This document shows, in pieces, positions 10,259 through 20,508 of a stretch of 64,000 nt of DNA. The notes below the pieces were generated by a model, which ran no database searches, was not told the DNA's origin, and saw only the letters and a list, made by a program, of their open reading frames with translations. Source of the DNA: Trueperaceae bacterium (GTDB lineage: Bacteria; Deinococcota; Deinococci; Deinococcales; Trueperaceae); assembly GCA_965214405.1 (NCBI GenBank), contig OZ243956.1, positions 4,000,001 to 4,064,000 of the forward strand, written 5' to 3'. Each line of letters starts with the position of its first letter. Position 1 is the first letter of the stretch. A program made the position numbers and the translations under genes.

Positions 10259-10978
10259 GTGCCCCGCGTCGACCCCCGCATCAGCGGCTACTTAGTCCAC
10301 GGCTACACCGCCTCCACGCTCATTTTCGTGGCGCTGGCGACGCAGTGGATTTTGGAGGGTCACTACCGCGCCGCGCTTCTGGCAATGGCGGTGACCATCA
10401 TTATTGACGCGACCGACGGCGCATTGGCGCGTAAATACCGCGTGACCGAGACGGCGGCGGGCATCGACGGGAGCACGCTCGACAACATCGTGGACTTTTT
10501 GTCCTACGTGTTTTTGCCGATGCTCTTTGCGCTTCAGACGGGGCTTTTTTTAGCGCCCACCACGCTGTTTATCACCTTTGTCATGTTTGCGAGCGCGTTC
10601 GGGTTTTCGCGCACGACCGCCAAACTTGCCAGCGCGGGGTTTTTCGTCGGCTTTCCGTCGTACTGGAACATCGTGGTGTTTTACCTCTTTTTGCTCTCGA
10701 GCCCACCCCTACTCAACACGCTTCTGGTCGTGGCGCTCGCGTTGTTGGTCTTTATTCCCGTGCGCTTTCTCTACGTGAGCCGCCTGCGGCGCTCGCGCCT
10801 GCTGCATTTCGGCCTCAGCGCCGTGTGGGGGTTGGGCTGCCTTGTTGCGCTCTTTTTGGACGCAGGAGGTTTGAGAAACGCGTTCCTCTACGTGTCGCTC
10901 GTGTATCCCGTTTTCTATACGGCGCACTCCATTCTTTTGGACGTGCGCGACCGCCAGGAACGCGCGGTGCTTCACTAG
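10259..10978 (+). CDS. CDP-alcohol phosphatidyltransferase, phosphatidylcholine synthase-like
   Basis: DGALAR-x12-GSTLDNIVD motif, FVGFPSYWN, multiple TM helices. Confidence 0.75.
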   Translation: MPRVDPRISGYLVHGYTASTLIFVALATQWILEGHYRAALLAMAVTIIIDATDGALARKYRVTETAAGIDGSTLDNIVDFLSYVFLPMLFALQTGLFLAPTTLFITFVMFASAFGFSRTTAKLASAGFFVGFPSYWNIVVFYLFLLSSPPLLNTLLVVALALLVFIPVRFLYVSRLRRSRLLHFGLSAVWGLGCLVALFLDAGGLRNAFLYVSLVYPVFYTAHSILLDVRDRQERAVLH

Positions 10979-10987
10979 CCTGCTCAA

Positions 10988-11833
10988 CTAACCTGCCAGC
11001 GCGTCCAGCGCCGCCCGCCGCATGACCTCCACGGGCGCGTCCTGTCCCGTCCAGAGCCTGAACGCTTCCGCGCCCTGGTAGATGAGCATCGGTAGACCGT
11101 TTTGCGTCCTCAGCCCCACCGCCTCGGCGTCTCTGAGGAGCCGCGTTCTCTGCGGGCGGTAGACGATGTCGCAGACGAAGCCCCGGTAGGGCAGCCCCCC
11201 AGGTAGCGGCGAGGTGTCGGGGTCATGTCCGCCGCGCGCCATCCCGACAGACGTGGTGTTGATGAGCGCGTTCGCGCCGCGTACCCGCGCATCCAAGCTG
11301 TGAGGCTCGAGCACCTCCACCCCGCCGAGGGGGGAAAACGCGTCCACCAAGGCTTGCGCCCTCTCCGGTGTGCGGTTGTAAACACTTAACTCCGCTACTC
11401 CCGCCGTGAGCAGCGCGTAGACGACCGCTCGAGCCGCCCCCCCCGCGCCGAGCACCATTACGCGTTTGTTAAGGGGTTCGAAGTCGGCCTCTTGCAGCGC
11501 CCGCAAAAACCCGGCGGCGTCGGTGTTGTGACCCACCAGCCGCCCGCCGTCTCTGACGCCGTTCTTCACAACCGTATTGACCGCGCCGATGGCCGCCGCC
11601 GCGTCACTTAGCGCGTCGAGCAGCGGCACCACCGCCTGTTTGTGCGGCACCGTGACGTTGGCCCCGAGGATGTTTTGTTCTCGCAGGCTCGAGACCCTCT
11701 CCGCCAGCGCCGCCGGGGGCACGTCGTGCGCTTCATAGGTGATATTAAGCCCCAGATGTTCGAACGCTGCGTTGTGCATCGCCGGGCTCAGCGAGTGGCC
11801 CGCGGGATGGGCGAGCAGGAGAACGCGCGTCAC
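10988..11833 (-). CDS. aroE: Shikimate dehydrogenase
   Basis: [34 protein letters not shown] and NRT motifs. Confidence 0.95.
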   Translation of the reverse strand: MTRVLLLAHPAGHSLSPAMHNAAFEHLGLNITYEAHDVPPAALAERVSSLREQNILGANVTVPHKQAVVPLLDALSDAAAAIGAVNTVVKNGVRDGGRLVGHNTDAAGFLRALQEADFEPLNKRVMVLGAGGAARAVVYALLTAGVAELSVYNRTPERAQALVDAFSPLGGVEVLEPHSLDARVRGANALINTTSVGMARGGHDPDTSPLPGGLPYRGFVCDIVYRPQRTRLLRDAEAVGLRTQNGLPMLIYQGAEAFRLWTGQDAPVEVMRRAALDALAG

Positions 11834-12858
11834 GCTACGGCGTGACGCACCTCGAGCGCCCGCTGCGTCACGCGCACGGCGTCCTCGATATCTTCATCAC
11901 TTATTTCGTAATGCGTCACGAGGCGGATGGTGCGCGGCCCCAGCGCGTTACAGAGCACGCCCGCGTCTTTCATTGACGCCGCCAGCGCGGGCGCGTCCGC
12001 CACGCTGAAATAGACCATATTGGTTTGCACCGTCCGCAGGTCGAGCGTGACGCCGGGAAGCGCCGCGAGCCTTTCCGCCAACCTTTTCGCCCTCACGTGG
12101 TCCTCGCCCAGACGGCCCACCATCGTTTCCAGCGCCACCAGCCCCGCCGCCGCCAGCACCCCCGCCTGCCGCATCCCGCCGCCCAAGAGCTTGCGGTAGC
12201 GGTGCGCCCGCTTGATGAAGTCCTTTGACCCCAACAGCACCGTGCCCGCGGGCGCGGCGAGGCCTTTGCTGAGGCACAAGGAGGCCGAATCGAAGGGCTC
12301 ACAGAGTTCGGCGATGGAAACGCCCAGGGCGGCGGCGGCGTTAAAGGCTCGAGCCCCGTCCAAATGAAGCGGCAAACCCTCCTCGCGGGCGAGCCGCCCT
12401 ATCTCATGGCACCTCTCTAAAGGCACGACCGTGCCGCCCGCGTGGTTGTGCGTGTTCTCCAGGATGATAAGCCCCGGCGGCGCGGCGTGGACGCTCCGGC
12501 GAATCGCGCCCCGGATGGCGTCGGGCTCAGGCACACCCAGGGGCGCAGGCACGGGACGCGGCACGAGGCCGCTCACCACCGCGAGCCCGCCCAGTTCGTA
12601 CTCGTAAATGTGCGCGCCCTCGGGCATGAGCACTTCCTGACCGCGGTCGGTGTGGGCCGCCAAGCCCGCCGAATTGCTCATGGTGCCCGTGGGCATAAGC
12701 AGCCCCGCCTCGAAACCCGCCATCTCGGCCAAGGTTTCCTGCAAACGGTTGACGGTCGGGTCTTCCCCGTAGACGTCATCGCCGACTTCGGCGCTAGCCA
12801 TCGCCTGGCGCATGGCGGGGGTGGGTTGGGTGACGGTGTCGGAACGAAGGTCAATCAT
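11830..12858 (-). CDS. ltaE: Low-specificity L-threonine aldolase
   Basis: [33 protein letters not shown] and CLSKGL motifs. Confidence 0.95.
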   Translation of the reverse strand: MIDLRSDTVTQPTPAMRQAMASAEVGDDVYGEDPTVNRLQETLAEMAGFEAGLLMPTGTMSNSAGLAAHTDRGQEVLMPEGAHIYEYELGGLAVVSGLVPRPVPAPLGVPEPDAIRGAIRRSVHAAPPGLIILENTHNHAGGTVVPLERCHEIGRLAREEGLPLHLDGARAFNAAAALGVSIAELCEPFDSASLCLSKGLAAPAGTVLLGSKDFIKRAHRYRKLLGGGMRQAGVLAAAGLVALETMVGRLGEDHVRAKRLAERLAALPGVTLDLRTVQTNMVYFSVADAPALAASMKDAGVLCNALGPRTIRLVTHYEISDEDIEDAVRVTQRALEVRHAVA

Positions 12859-13033
12859 GGGTTTAGTTTACAGGACGCTGCGCGGCTGCGTTCGTACTCA
12901 AGCGCGCTCACATCATTATTCTCAAGTTCCTTGTACTCAAAACTTTATTTAGAAGCTGCGCTGATAAAAAGTCAACCCAAACAAGTGCAAAAAGTGATAC
13001 AGCAAACCCCCTGGTTGTTTCTATGATGCGAAA

Positions 13034-13759
13034 ATGAAACGCTTTGCGCTTCCCTTACTGGTTTTTATCATCTTCACCACCGCTCACGCGCAGCCGACAA
13101 GAGCGGCAACACTCCAAGGCGTCTTTACGCCATCACCATCTGTTCAACTACCCACCGATTTAGTTGTTGACACACTTGATTATGGGGAACGAGCGGTCAT
13201 AGAGGTGCGCTCGCCGACAGCTAACAACTTAACTGGAGGTGAACAGTTTCAGCTTGTCTTACCTGAACCTATGGCGGAGACGGCGCTTTTCCCAGGCTTG
13301 AATTTAGAAGTGCTTCTGAACCCCCTACAATGGTTGGACAGCACAGCACCAGAACGTTGTCACGAACTTATGAAGCCACGACATGTTCCGATGTCTTTTA
13401 TAGAAGGCATCCGATTAAAGCGAATCGAAAAGCCTACACCTCATTTGGCAGTACAACAATCTCCCAACCTTGTGAGTCTTCAAGATCCTTATCTTCGCGG
13501 TACGGAGCAACCGGAATATATTCTACACCGTATTTACGCGGCTCGAGAAGTGAAGATGCAGGGAACATGTGTTGACGCACTCGAGTACCACAAGGGCGAT
13601 ATAGACATCTCTTACAGCGTCTTAATGGATTTTGATTTGGTTCTCGAGCCTGGTTGGAACATTGTAAAAGTGACAATTGCCCACGCAGACTCAGCAAGTT
13701 CAAAAGTTACCTATCGCGTTCTTGACGAGGTGCCCGAAGACGCAGTTTGGTCTTTCTGA
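13034..13759 (+). CDS. Secreted hypothetical protein (AT-richer than neighbours)
   Basis: Signal peptide ending AHA; C-terminal DLVLEPGWNIV. TATGAT lies 6 nt before the ATG. Confidence 0.7.
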   Translation: MKRFALPLLVFIIFTTAHAQPTRAATLQGVFTPSPSVQLPTDLVVDTLDYGERAVIEVRSPTANNLTGGEQFQLVLPEPMAETALFPGLNLEVLLNPLQWLDSTAPERCHELMKPRHVPMSFIEGIRLKRIEKPTPHLAVQQSPNLVSLQDPYLRGTEQPEYILHRIYAAREVKMQGTCVDALEYHKGDIDISYSVLMDFDLVLEPGWNIVKVTIAHADSASSKVTYRVLDEVPEDAVWSF

Positions 13760-13802
13760 GAACTCATCTGTATGTTTACGAAGGGGAGCCCAGATAAAGC
13801 TG

Positions 13803-14927
13803 TTACTCTCTGCGAGGCGGCAGCGCCCCCTCCCCAAACACCTGCGCGACGAGCGGGTAAATGGCGTCGGGGCCTAGATCCTCGCCCAGATAGCTCTCGG
13901 AGCCGCGCCAGAGTTCGTAGTGGGGGTGGGGGTCGTCTTGAGTAGCGGACACGCCCTCGATGGTGCCCGAGTTACCCGCGAAGCCGACCACCTGGCCCTG
14001 GGTCACGCGCGCGCCCACCACAAGGGTGTCGGGAATGTTGGACAGGTGCGCGTAGCGCGACACGAAGCCGCCGGGGTGCTGTATCCAGACCTGGCGACCG
14101 CGCAGCTCGTCGAGCGTGCTCTGGGGGGTGACGACCTGATTTCTGGCGTCGCTGATAAGGCCGTCATATTCTTCTCTAGTCATTTCAACGTAATCGTGGT
14201 CGGCGCGGCTTATCGCGCCGTCAGCGGTGGCGACGACGGGCGTGCCGTAGGTGATGGGCACGCTCACGACGCCGCTATAGAAGTCAAAGCCCTCGTGGTA
14301 GCCGTTGCGGTAGGCGCGCCTCGAGCCCGGCAGGTGCGTGTCTCTTGAAGAAAACGTCGCCCCCTCGACGGGCGGCACAAAGCCGCTCGGCCAGCTCGGG
14401 TTAAAGGGTTTGTCGGCTAAGTTTTCTAAAATGGGTAGCACGCTCGAGCGCCGCATCTCGCCATCTTCCGCCGCGTAGTCGAGCGCCGCTTTGTCTTCAT
14501 TGTTGCGCAGCGTGGGGTCGGCGCCCGCTTGGAGGAGTTCTAGGGGCACGTCCGGATTCGGATTGTCGCGGACGGCGGTCATAAGCGCGGTCCAGCCGGT
14601 GGTGGTCTGGGCGTTGACGTCGGCCCCGGCCTCGAGTAAGCCCTCAATCACCTTGGGGTCCGTGTTCGCGCCCGCGGCGTAGATGAGCGGTGTTTGGCCG
14701 TTCTCGTCGGTGGCGTTGACGTCGGCCCCCGCCGCTAGGCTCGTCTCGACCTCGTCTAAGCCGCTCGTTTGGACCACATTAAAAAACTCTTGGGCGGCGC
14801 GCGCCTCGCGGGATTGGCGGCCTAAGTTGCCAAAGTCAACCTGCACCACGCCGAGACCCCAGAGAACCGCTACAGCACCTATAAGGAGAACAATAGCCGC
14901 CGTCACGGCCACGGTAAACGTACGCAT
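13803..14927 (-). CDS. Membrane-anchored ankyrin-repeat + M23 metallopeptidase fusion
   Basis: N-terminal TM; ankyrin repeats (GADVNATDENGQTPLIYAA; GADVNAQTTTGWTALMTAV); M23 motifs HEGFDF, YAHL, GNSG, HPHYE. Confidence 0.85.
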   Translation of the reverse strand: MRTFTVAVTAAIVLLIGAVAVLWGLGVVQVDFGNLGRQSREARAAQEFFNVVQTSGLDEVETSLAAGADVNATDENGQTPLIYAAGANTDPKVIEGLLEAGADVNAQTTTGWTALMTAVRDNPNPDVPLELLQAGADPTLRNNEDKAALDYAAEDGEMRRSSVLPILENLADKPFNPSWPSGFVPPVEGATFSSRDTHLPGSRRAYRNGYHEGFDFYSGVVSVPITYGTPVVATADGAISRADHDYVEMTREEYDGLISDARNQVVTPQSTLDELRGRQVWIQHPGGFVSRYAHLSNIPDTLVVGARVTQGQVVGFAGNSGTIEGVSATQDDPHPHYELWRGSESYLGEDLGPDAIYPLVAQVFGEGALPPRRE

Positions 14928-15183
14928 AGGGTTACTCTACCGCGTGTTCGGAGCTTTTTGAACCTTGGGGGTGAGGTTTAGAGCGGCTGTACGCTTTTTT
15001 ACATCCTACAGTATCCAACTACAGGTATCCAATCCTGCGCTTCCGGCTCGAGCACGGCGGCTGTGACTGCGGGCACCGTTTCAGCTTCTAAGTCCTGCCC
15101 GTTTCCCGCCCGTTGGTGTAGACTCCTCTAACAAGCTTTGAGAGGCTGACGACGGGCGAAGAGAGACGGGTGAAGGGGGACCG

Positions 15184-17229
15184 GTGACGATGAATCTACC
15201 CCAGTGGCTGCTCGGGATTTCCGCGCTCCTCGCGGGCGCGGTGCTCCTGGGCGTGTTCGCCAAGCGCGTACGGCTGCCCCTCACCGTGGTGCTGGCGGTG
15301 GTGGGCTTCGGCGCGGGTGCGTTTTTTAGGAGTCCCCTTCAGGGTGAAGGCTTTGAAGAAGTGCTCGTGTTCTTGTTCCTGCCCGTGCTCGTGTTCGAGG
15401 CCGCGTTAGGCCTCTCCACTCGAGCTTTCTTTCGCAACCTCGTGCCCATCCTCGTGCTGGCGGTGCCCGCTTTGCTCATTTCGGCGGGGCTCGTCGGCGT
15501 AACCCTCCGCGTCGGTCTGGGGGTGCCTCTGGCGGCGGCGGGGCTTTTCGGCGTGCTCATTTCGGCCACCGACCCGGTGGCGGTGGTGGCGGTGTTCCGC
15601 GAGCTCGGGGTGCCGCGGCGGCTCCTGACGCTGGTCGAGGGGGAGAGCCTCTTAAACGACGGGGTGGCCATCGTTCTTTTCAACGTTCTCTTGGCCGCGG
15701 CGCTCGGGCGGGAGGTGAGTCTGGGCGGGGGCTTACTGGACTTTTTGATCGTGTTTTTTGGCGGCGCGCTTACAGGCGCGCTGCTGGGGTTTGCCGCCGC
15801 GCTGGTGTTGCCCTGGCTGGAAAAGCTGCCCGCGACCGCGCTCTCGGTGGCGGTCGCCTACGGCGGTTTCGTGCTGGCCGACGAGGTGTTCGGCTTTTCC
15901 GGGGTGATGGCGACGCTCGCCGCGGGTCTCGTGCTCTCGGGCAGCGCGCCGGTTCGCGCCTCCCAAGAGGTGCGGGAGGGTTGGCATGAGCTCTGGGAGG
16001 CGCTGGGTTACGTTGCCAACGCGCTACTCTTTTTGCTCATCGGTCTGGCCATCGAGCCCACGCTCCTGGTGCGTTACGGGGGGGCCATCTTACTCGCCGT
16101 CGCCGCCGTGCTCGTCGCCCGCGCGCTGGCGGTGGTGCCGCTCGTGTGGCTTTTAGAGCGCATGGCGCACATCCCGCCCTTTGGCGTCCGCAACCAGGCG
16201 GTGCTCGTCTGGGGCGGCTTGCGCGGCGGGGTGGCGCTGGCCTTGGCCCTGGCGCTGCCCGAGGAGCTGCCGCAGCGCGACCTTTTTGTCGCCATGACGG
16301 GCGGCGTGGTGCTCGTCACGCTGCTGCTGAACGCCACCACGATTTCGGCGTTGGTCCACCGGCTGGGCCTGGATAAACCGAGCCGCACCGACCGCTTTCT
16401 GGTGGGCAGCGCGCGGCTCGCCGGACTGGACGCGGCCAGAGACTGGCTTGGCGACCTGGGCCTCGAGGACCCCGCCGCCACCGCCCATCTCGACGCCGCC
16501 GAAGCGGGGGCGCGCGGGGCGTTGGAACGGCTCGACTTGACCCACGAAGAGGAGCTCGAGGTGGTGGTGCGCCGCGGGCTTTTCGTCGAGCACGAGACCT
16601 ACCAGCGTTTAAGCGACGCCGGGCTCTTGCCCCCCGCGGTCGCCCGCACGCTGCTTAACGAGGTGGGCGACCAGGTGGACGAGGTCACGCTCGGCGGAAC
16701 GGACTTAAAGGGGTTGCGTAAGCGCGAGCGGCCTCCCCTGGCCTGGCTCGCGGAGCGGCTTACGGGCGTTCTGCCCAGGCCTGTGGGAGACGACCCGACC
16801 GAACTCGCCTACGCCGAGGCGTCCGCGCGGCGGCTCGCGGCGCGCCGGACGGGCGACACCCTGGAGTTTTTCACGCGCCTGCCCAACCTAGACCCCGCGA
16901 CGGTCGAGGACGCCAAGCGGATTTTTGTGGGCTGGGAAAAGCGCGCGGAAGGCGATTTGGGTGAACTGAACGCGCAAGTCGAGCACCTCGACTTGCGCCG
17001 CCGTCAGGTCGAGGTGCTCTGCCGCGTGGCCTCGGAAGACGCGCTCGGCGCGCTCGCCGACCTCGGCCTCTTGCCTTCGCGCGTGGCGCGCGAGGCCGCC
17101 TACCTCGTCGCCGAGGGTGAGGACGCCGCCAACACCGAAGGTGACGGTGACGCCGGGGCGGGCAAGCGGGCGGAGGAGGCTGTCGTGGAGGCTACCAACG
17201 TTAGAGAAAAGGACCCGCTCGAGGATTAG
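15184..17229 (+). CDS. CPA1-family Na+/H+ antiporter with cytoplasmic C-terminal extension
   Basis: FLPVLVFEAA, SATDPVAV, EGESLLNDG and WGGLRGGV motifs. Confidence 0.9.
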   Translation: MTMNLPQWLLGISALLAGAVLLGVFAKRVRLPLTVVLAVVGFGAGAFFRSPLQGEGFEEVLVFLFLPVLVFEAALGLSTRAFFRNLVPILVLAVPALLISAGLVGVTLRVGLGVPLAAAGLFGVLISATDPVAVVAVFRELGVPRRLLTLVEGESLLNDGVAIVLFNVLLAAALGREVSLGGGLLDFLIVFFGGALTGALLGFAAALVLPWLEKLPATALSVAVAYGGFVLADEVFGFSGVMATLAAGLVLSGSAPVRASQEVREGWHELWEALGYVANALLFLLIGLAIEPTLLVRYGGAILLAVAAVLVARALAVVPLVWLLERMAHIPPFGVRNQAVLVWGGLRGGVALALALALPEELPQRDLFVAMTGGVVLVTLLLNATTISALVHRLGLDKPSRTDRFLVGSARLAGLDAARDWLGDLGLEDPAATAHLDAAEAGARGALERLDLTHEEELEVVVRRGLFVEHETYQRLSDAGLLPPAVARTLLNEVGDQVDEVTLGGTDLKGLRKRERPPLAWLAERLTGVLPRPVGDDPTELAYAEASARRLAARRTGDTLEFFTRLPNLDPATVEDAKRIFVGWEKRAEGDLGELNAQVEHLDLRRRQVEVLCRVASEDALGALADLGLLPSRVAREAAYLVAEGEDAANTEGDGDAGAGKRAEEAVVEATNVREKDPLED

Positions 17230-17728
17230 CGCCGGGGTGTCCCAAGAGCAAGCCCGTTACCACGCAAGCCCGACGCGCACGCGACGCACAGAAAAGACGT
17301 CTACAAAAGTTAGAGGGGATGCAAAAACGCGTCCTGATAGAGAGAAGACCGGTGTTGCCCCCCGGAATTGTGGCAACATGTGTCACAGAGCAGCCATAGC
17401 CAAGCGGCCCAGGTTATATGGACCGCTTGGCGGCTGAGTTTTCTGGCGGGCTTTAGTGAACTTCCTTTAGTGAACTTCTATGTCGCTGACGGCGACGGTT
17501 TCACTGCCCAGCTCGAGCTCCCCACCCCGACAGGTAAGCTTCCCACTGAGCTGACCATCCTGAGCTGACCATCTCGGAAGGAGCAAAGTTTTGCGGGGGA
17601 GGCCAGGCACGCACCGATTTTCCAGGGTTTTAATTCTGGGTCGAACTTCTGAGTACCGCCCAACCTTGGTGTCCGAAAGTTGGGCAGGCGTTGGCTAAAC
17701 GCCTGATGTTTCAAACGCCAGAGGAAAA

Positions 17729-17787
17729 AGAAGGGGCTGTGTAGCTATGAAACCCGCTATACTTTCGACTTGGCCTCAGCCCCTTCT
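17729..17787 (-). terminator. Possible metK terminator hairpin
   Basis: 11-bp inverted repeat AGAAGGGGCTG/CAGCCCCTTCT followed by a short U run on the minus strand. The loop is unusually long. Confidence 0.4.
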
Positions 17788-17798
17788 AAGCCCGAGGG

Positions 17799-18995
17799 CT
17801 AAACCCCCGCGAACGCCTCCTGCCGGAGCGCGTCAACCTTGTTGGTCGCCTCCCAGGGAAACTCGGCGCGGCCGAAGTGACCGTAGGCGCTCGTGGCGCG
17901 ATAAATGGGCCTGCGCAGCTCGAGCGCGTCGATAATGGCGGCGGGGCGCGCGTCGAACACTTTACCGACGAGCCCACTTAGCGCCTCGTCTGAAAGTTCG
18001 GAGGTGCCAAAGGTTTCGACAAACATCCCGACAGGGCGCGCCACGCCGATCGCGTAGGCGAGCCCCACCTGCGCGCGCCTAGCCAGGCCCGCCGCGACGA
18101 TGTTTTTGGCTATAAAACGCGCGTAGTACGAGCCGCTGCGGTCGACTTTGGTGGGGTCCTTGCCGCTAAACGCGCCGCCGCCGTGCGGGGCCGCGCCGCC
18201 GTAGGTGTCGACGATAATCTTGCGCCCGGTGAGCCCCGCGTCGCCCTGCGGGCCGCCAATCACAAAGCGCCCGGTGGGGTTGATAAAGGTGCGCATCTTG
18301 TTGGTCAGGTATGTGCCTGGAATAACGTGATAGACGACCTCCCTAAGCACATCCTCGCGCAAGGTCTCCTGCGACACCTCGGGGTCGTGCTGCGCTGAGA
18401 CGACCACCGTCGTCACCTCGACGGGTGTGTCGCCCTCATAGGCCACGGTGACCTGCGCTTTACCGTCGGGACGCAAGTAGGGGAGCACGCCCGTACGGCG
18501 CACCTCCGCCAAGCGTTTGGTGAGGCCGTGCGCTAAGGTGATGGGCAGCGGCATGAGCTGGGGTGTTTCGGTCGTCGCGTAGCCGAACATGAGCCCCTGG
18601 TCGCCCGCGCCGGTTTGATCGTAGGGGTCGTCAAGGTCGCCGGAGCGCGCCTCCTGCGCCCGGCTCACCCCCTGCGCGATGTCGGGCGACTGCTCGTTGA
18701 TGGCGATCAAGACGGCGGCGTGATCCGCGTCGATGCCGTAATCCGAATTCGTATAGCCCACCTCGCGCACGGTGTCGCGCACGATTTTTTGCAAATCCAC
18801 ATAACCGTGACAGGTGATTTCGCCCGCGATGAGCGCCAGGCCGGTGGTAAGAATCGTTTCCGCCGCCACCCTGGCCTGCGGGTCGATCGTCAAAATAGCG
18901 TCCAAAACGCTGTCGCTGATGCGGTCGGCCAGTTTGTCCGGGTGTCCCTCGGTCACCGACTCGGAGGTAAACAGTTTTTGCATAGTTTTTTGCAT
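17799..18995 (-). CDS. metK: S-adenosylmethionine synthetase
   Basis: [20 protein letters not shown] and [22 protein letters not shown] precedes ATG 18995. Confidence 0.98.
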   Translation of the reverse strand: MQKTMQKLFTSESVTEGHPDKLADRISDSVLDAILTIDPQARVAAETILTTGLALIAGEITCHGYVDLQKIVRDTVREVGYTNSDYGIDADHAAVLIAINEQSPDIAQGVSRAQEARSGDLDDPYDQTGAGDQGLMFGYATTETPQLMPLPITLAHGLTKRLAEVRRTGVLPYLRPDGKAQVTVAYEGDTPVEVTTVVVSAQHDPEVSQETLREDVLREVVYHVIPGTYLTNKMRTFINPTGRFVIGGPQGDAGLTGRKIIVDTYGGAAPHGGGAFSGKDPTKVDRSGSYYARFIAKNIVAAGLARRAQVGLAYAIGVARPVGMFVETFGTSELSDEALSGLVGKVFDARPAAIIDALELRRPIYRATSAYGHFGRAEFPWEATNKVDALRQEAFAGV

Positions 18996-19269
18996 GGTGC
19001 GGTCTCCTTTTCTCAAAAACCCGCTTGTGGCTGCTTTTATATCCTTTTACGCCTGCGCCCGTCCAGGTCGGCTTTGCTCACTTTTGCTTCCGTCCCTTTC
19101 CTGACTCACGTGAGGCTGCGCGCGTCCCTGGGGGCATTCAAGAACGAAAGTATAGCAGGGTGAGAAAATGCCCACCTCCGCCCTCCGCACCATTTTTTAT
19201 GCCGTCAGACTCAGTAGTATTCCGTCCTCGGCACGGTTCTAAGCGTGAGCGCCCCCTATACTCTCCCTT

Positions 19270-19800
19270 ATGCCTCTTTCTTTTCGCCCCGCCGACCCCG
19301 ACGACGCAGCCGCGCTCACCACGTTGCAGCGCTCTATTTATCAGGAAGGCCGCTGGTTCGTGGGCGACGGCCCCGTGGCGGTGGAGACGCTCGCGCGGCG
19401 TTTGCGTGCCCTGGATGAGACGATGAGCCTTTTTTTGGTGGCGGCCACGCCGGAGCTTGCGGGCTGGCTCGAGCTGAGCCGCTTAGCTCCTGCCCGCTTG
19501 CGGCACGTGGCCGTCCTCACCCTCGCCGTGGGCGCGTCCTGGCGGCGGCAGGGGCTGGGAAGGGGACTTTTAGAACGCGCCTACCCGTGGGCGTCGCGCG
19601 TGGGGGTCGAGAAAATCCAGCTCAACGTGCGCGCCAACAACCGCGCGGCGTTGTCTCTTTACGAGGCGGAGGGCTTTGAGCTAGAAGGCCGCGAGGCGCG
19701 CCAAATCCGCGAGAACGGTGGGTACGAAGACAACCTCATCATGGCTAAGTTTTTATCACGGTTTTCGGCACAGTCCTTAACACGGTTTTCGGCACAGTGA
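19270..19800 (+). CDS. GNAT family N-acetyltransferase
   Basis: RRQGLGRGLL acetyl-CoA motif and NRAALSLYEAEGF. Confidence 0.9.
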   Translation: MPLSFRPADPDDAAALTTLQRSIYQEGRWFVGDGPVAVETLARRLRALDETMSLFLVAATPELAGWLELSRLAPARLRHVAVLTLAVGASWRRQGLGRGLLERAYPWASRVGVEKIQLNVRANNRAALSLYEAEGFELEGREARQIRENGGYEDNLIMAKFLSRFSAQSLTRFSAQ

Positions 19801-20333
19801 GCGCTCCCGCCGACCCTTTCACCTGGCCTGAACAGCGCGTGGGGCTCTTTGTCGATACCCAAAATCTTTATTACGGGGCTCGAGACGGCGCGGACGCCGG
19901 GGGGCGTCAGGTAGACTACGCAACGCTCCTCACCCTGGCGGCGGGCTCGAGGCGTCTCGCACAGGCCACCGCCTACGTGGTCGAGCGTTCCGGCGAGGCG
20001 ACCGCCTACGGCTTCGTCACCAAGCTCTCCGCGCTGGGCTACCGGGTGCGCCGCCGCACGCTGCGCCTGCGCCGCTTAGACGACGGCGGGCGGCCCGTGC
20101 TGGACGGCGACTGGGACATGGGCATCGCCGCCGACATGGTGCGCGCCTGGGAAGGGCTCGACGTGCTCGCTTTGGCGAGCGGTGACGGCGACTTCGTGCC
20201 CATCCTAGAGCTCGCCCAAGCGCGCGGTTTGCGCGTCGAGGTGCTGGCGTTCAAGGAAACCACCGCGCAGGCGCTCGCCGACCTCGCCGACCGTTTTGTT
20301 CACCTGCCGGATGTTGAGGGGATTTTCGTTTGA
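19797..20333 (+). CDS. NYN domain protein (LabA/DUF88)
   Basis: FVDTQNLY, DWDMGIAAD and LASGDGDFVP motifs. Confidence 0.9.
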   Translation: MSAPADPFTWPEQRVGLFVDTQNLYYGARDGADAGGRQVDYATLLTLAAGSRRLAQATAYVVERSGEATAYGFVTKLSALGYRVRRRTLRLRRLDDGGRPVLDGDWDMGIAADMVRAWEGLDVLALASGDGDFVPILELAQARGLRVEVLAFKETTAQALADLADRFVHLPDVEGIFV

Positions 20334-20508
20334 CGCGCGTGATGCAGATGTCGGTGTGAGGTGGGGTGCGGGGGAGACGGGGCGGTGGGGAGAACGTTTT
20401 CACCCCCAACTTCCCTAATTCCCAATCTTCCTACGCTCACGCGGAGGGCTCGAGTAAGGTTTTCGTGAGAGGGTAGCCGCTACCCTATAAGCAGAAACAG
20501 GAGGCATC

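Noticed and set aside
15115..15158. Fluoride riboswitch upstream of the antiporter
   Set aside because: Only the 3' GCTGACGAC resembles it; the 5' GGnGATGnnGTTCnCC stem is missing.
19040..19140. SRP RNA or SAM-I riboswitch upstream of metK
   Set aside because: GTCAGG...GGAAGCA has the wrong spacing and lacks the GNRA-capped stem; the SAM-I ATC..GAG/GAT core is absent.
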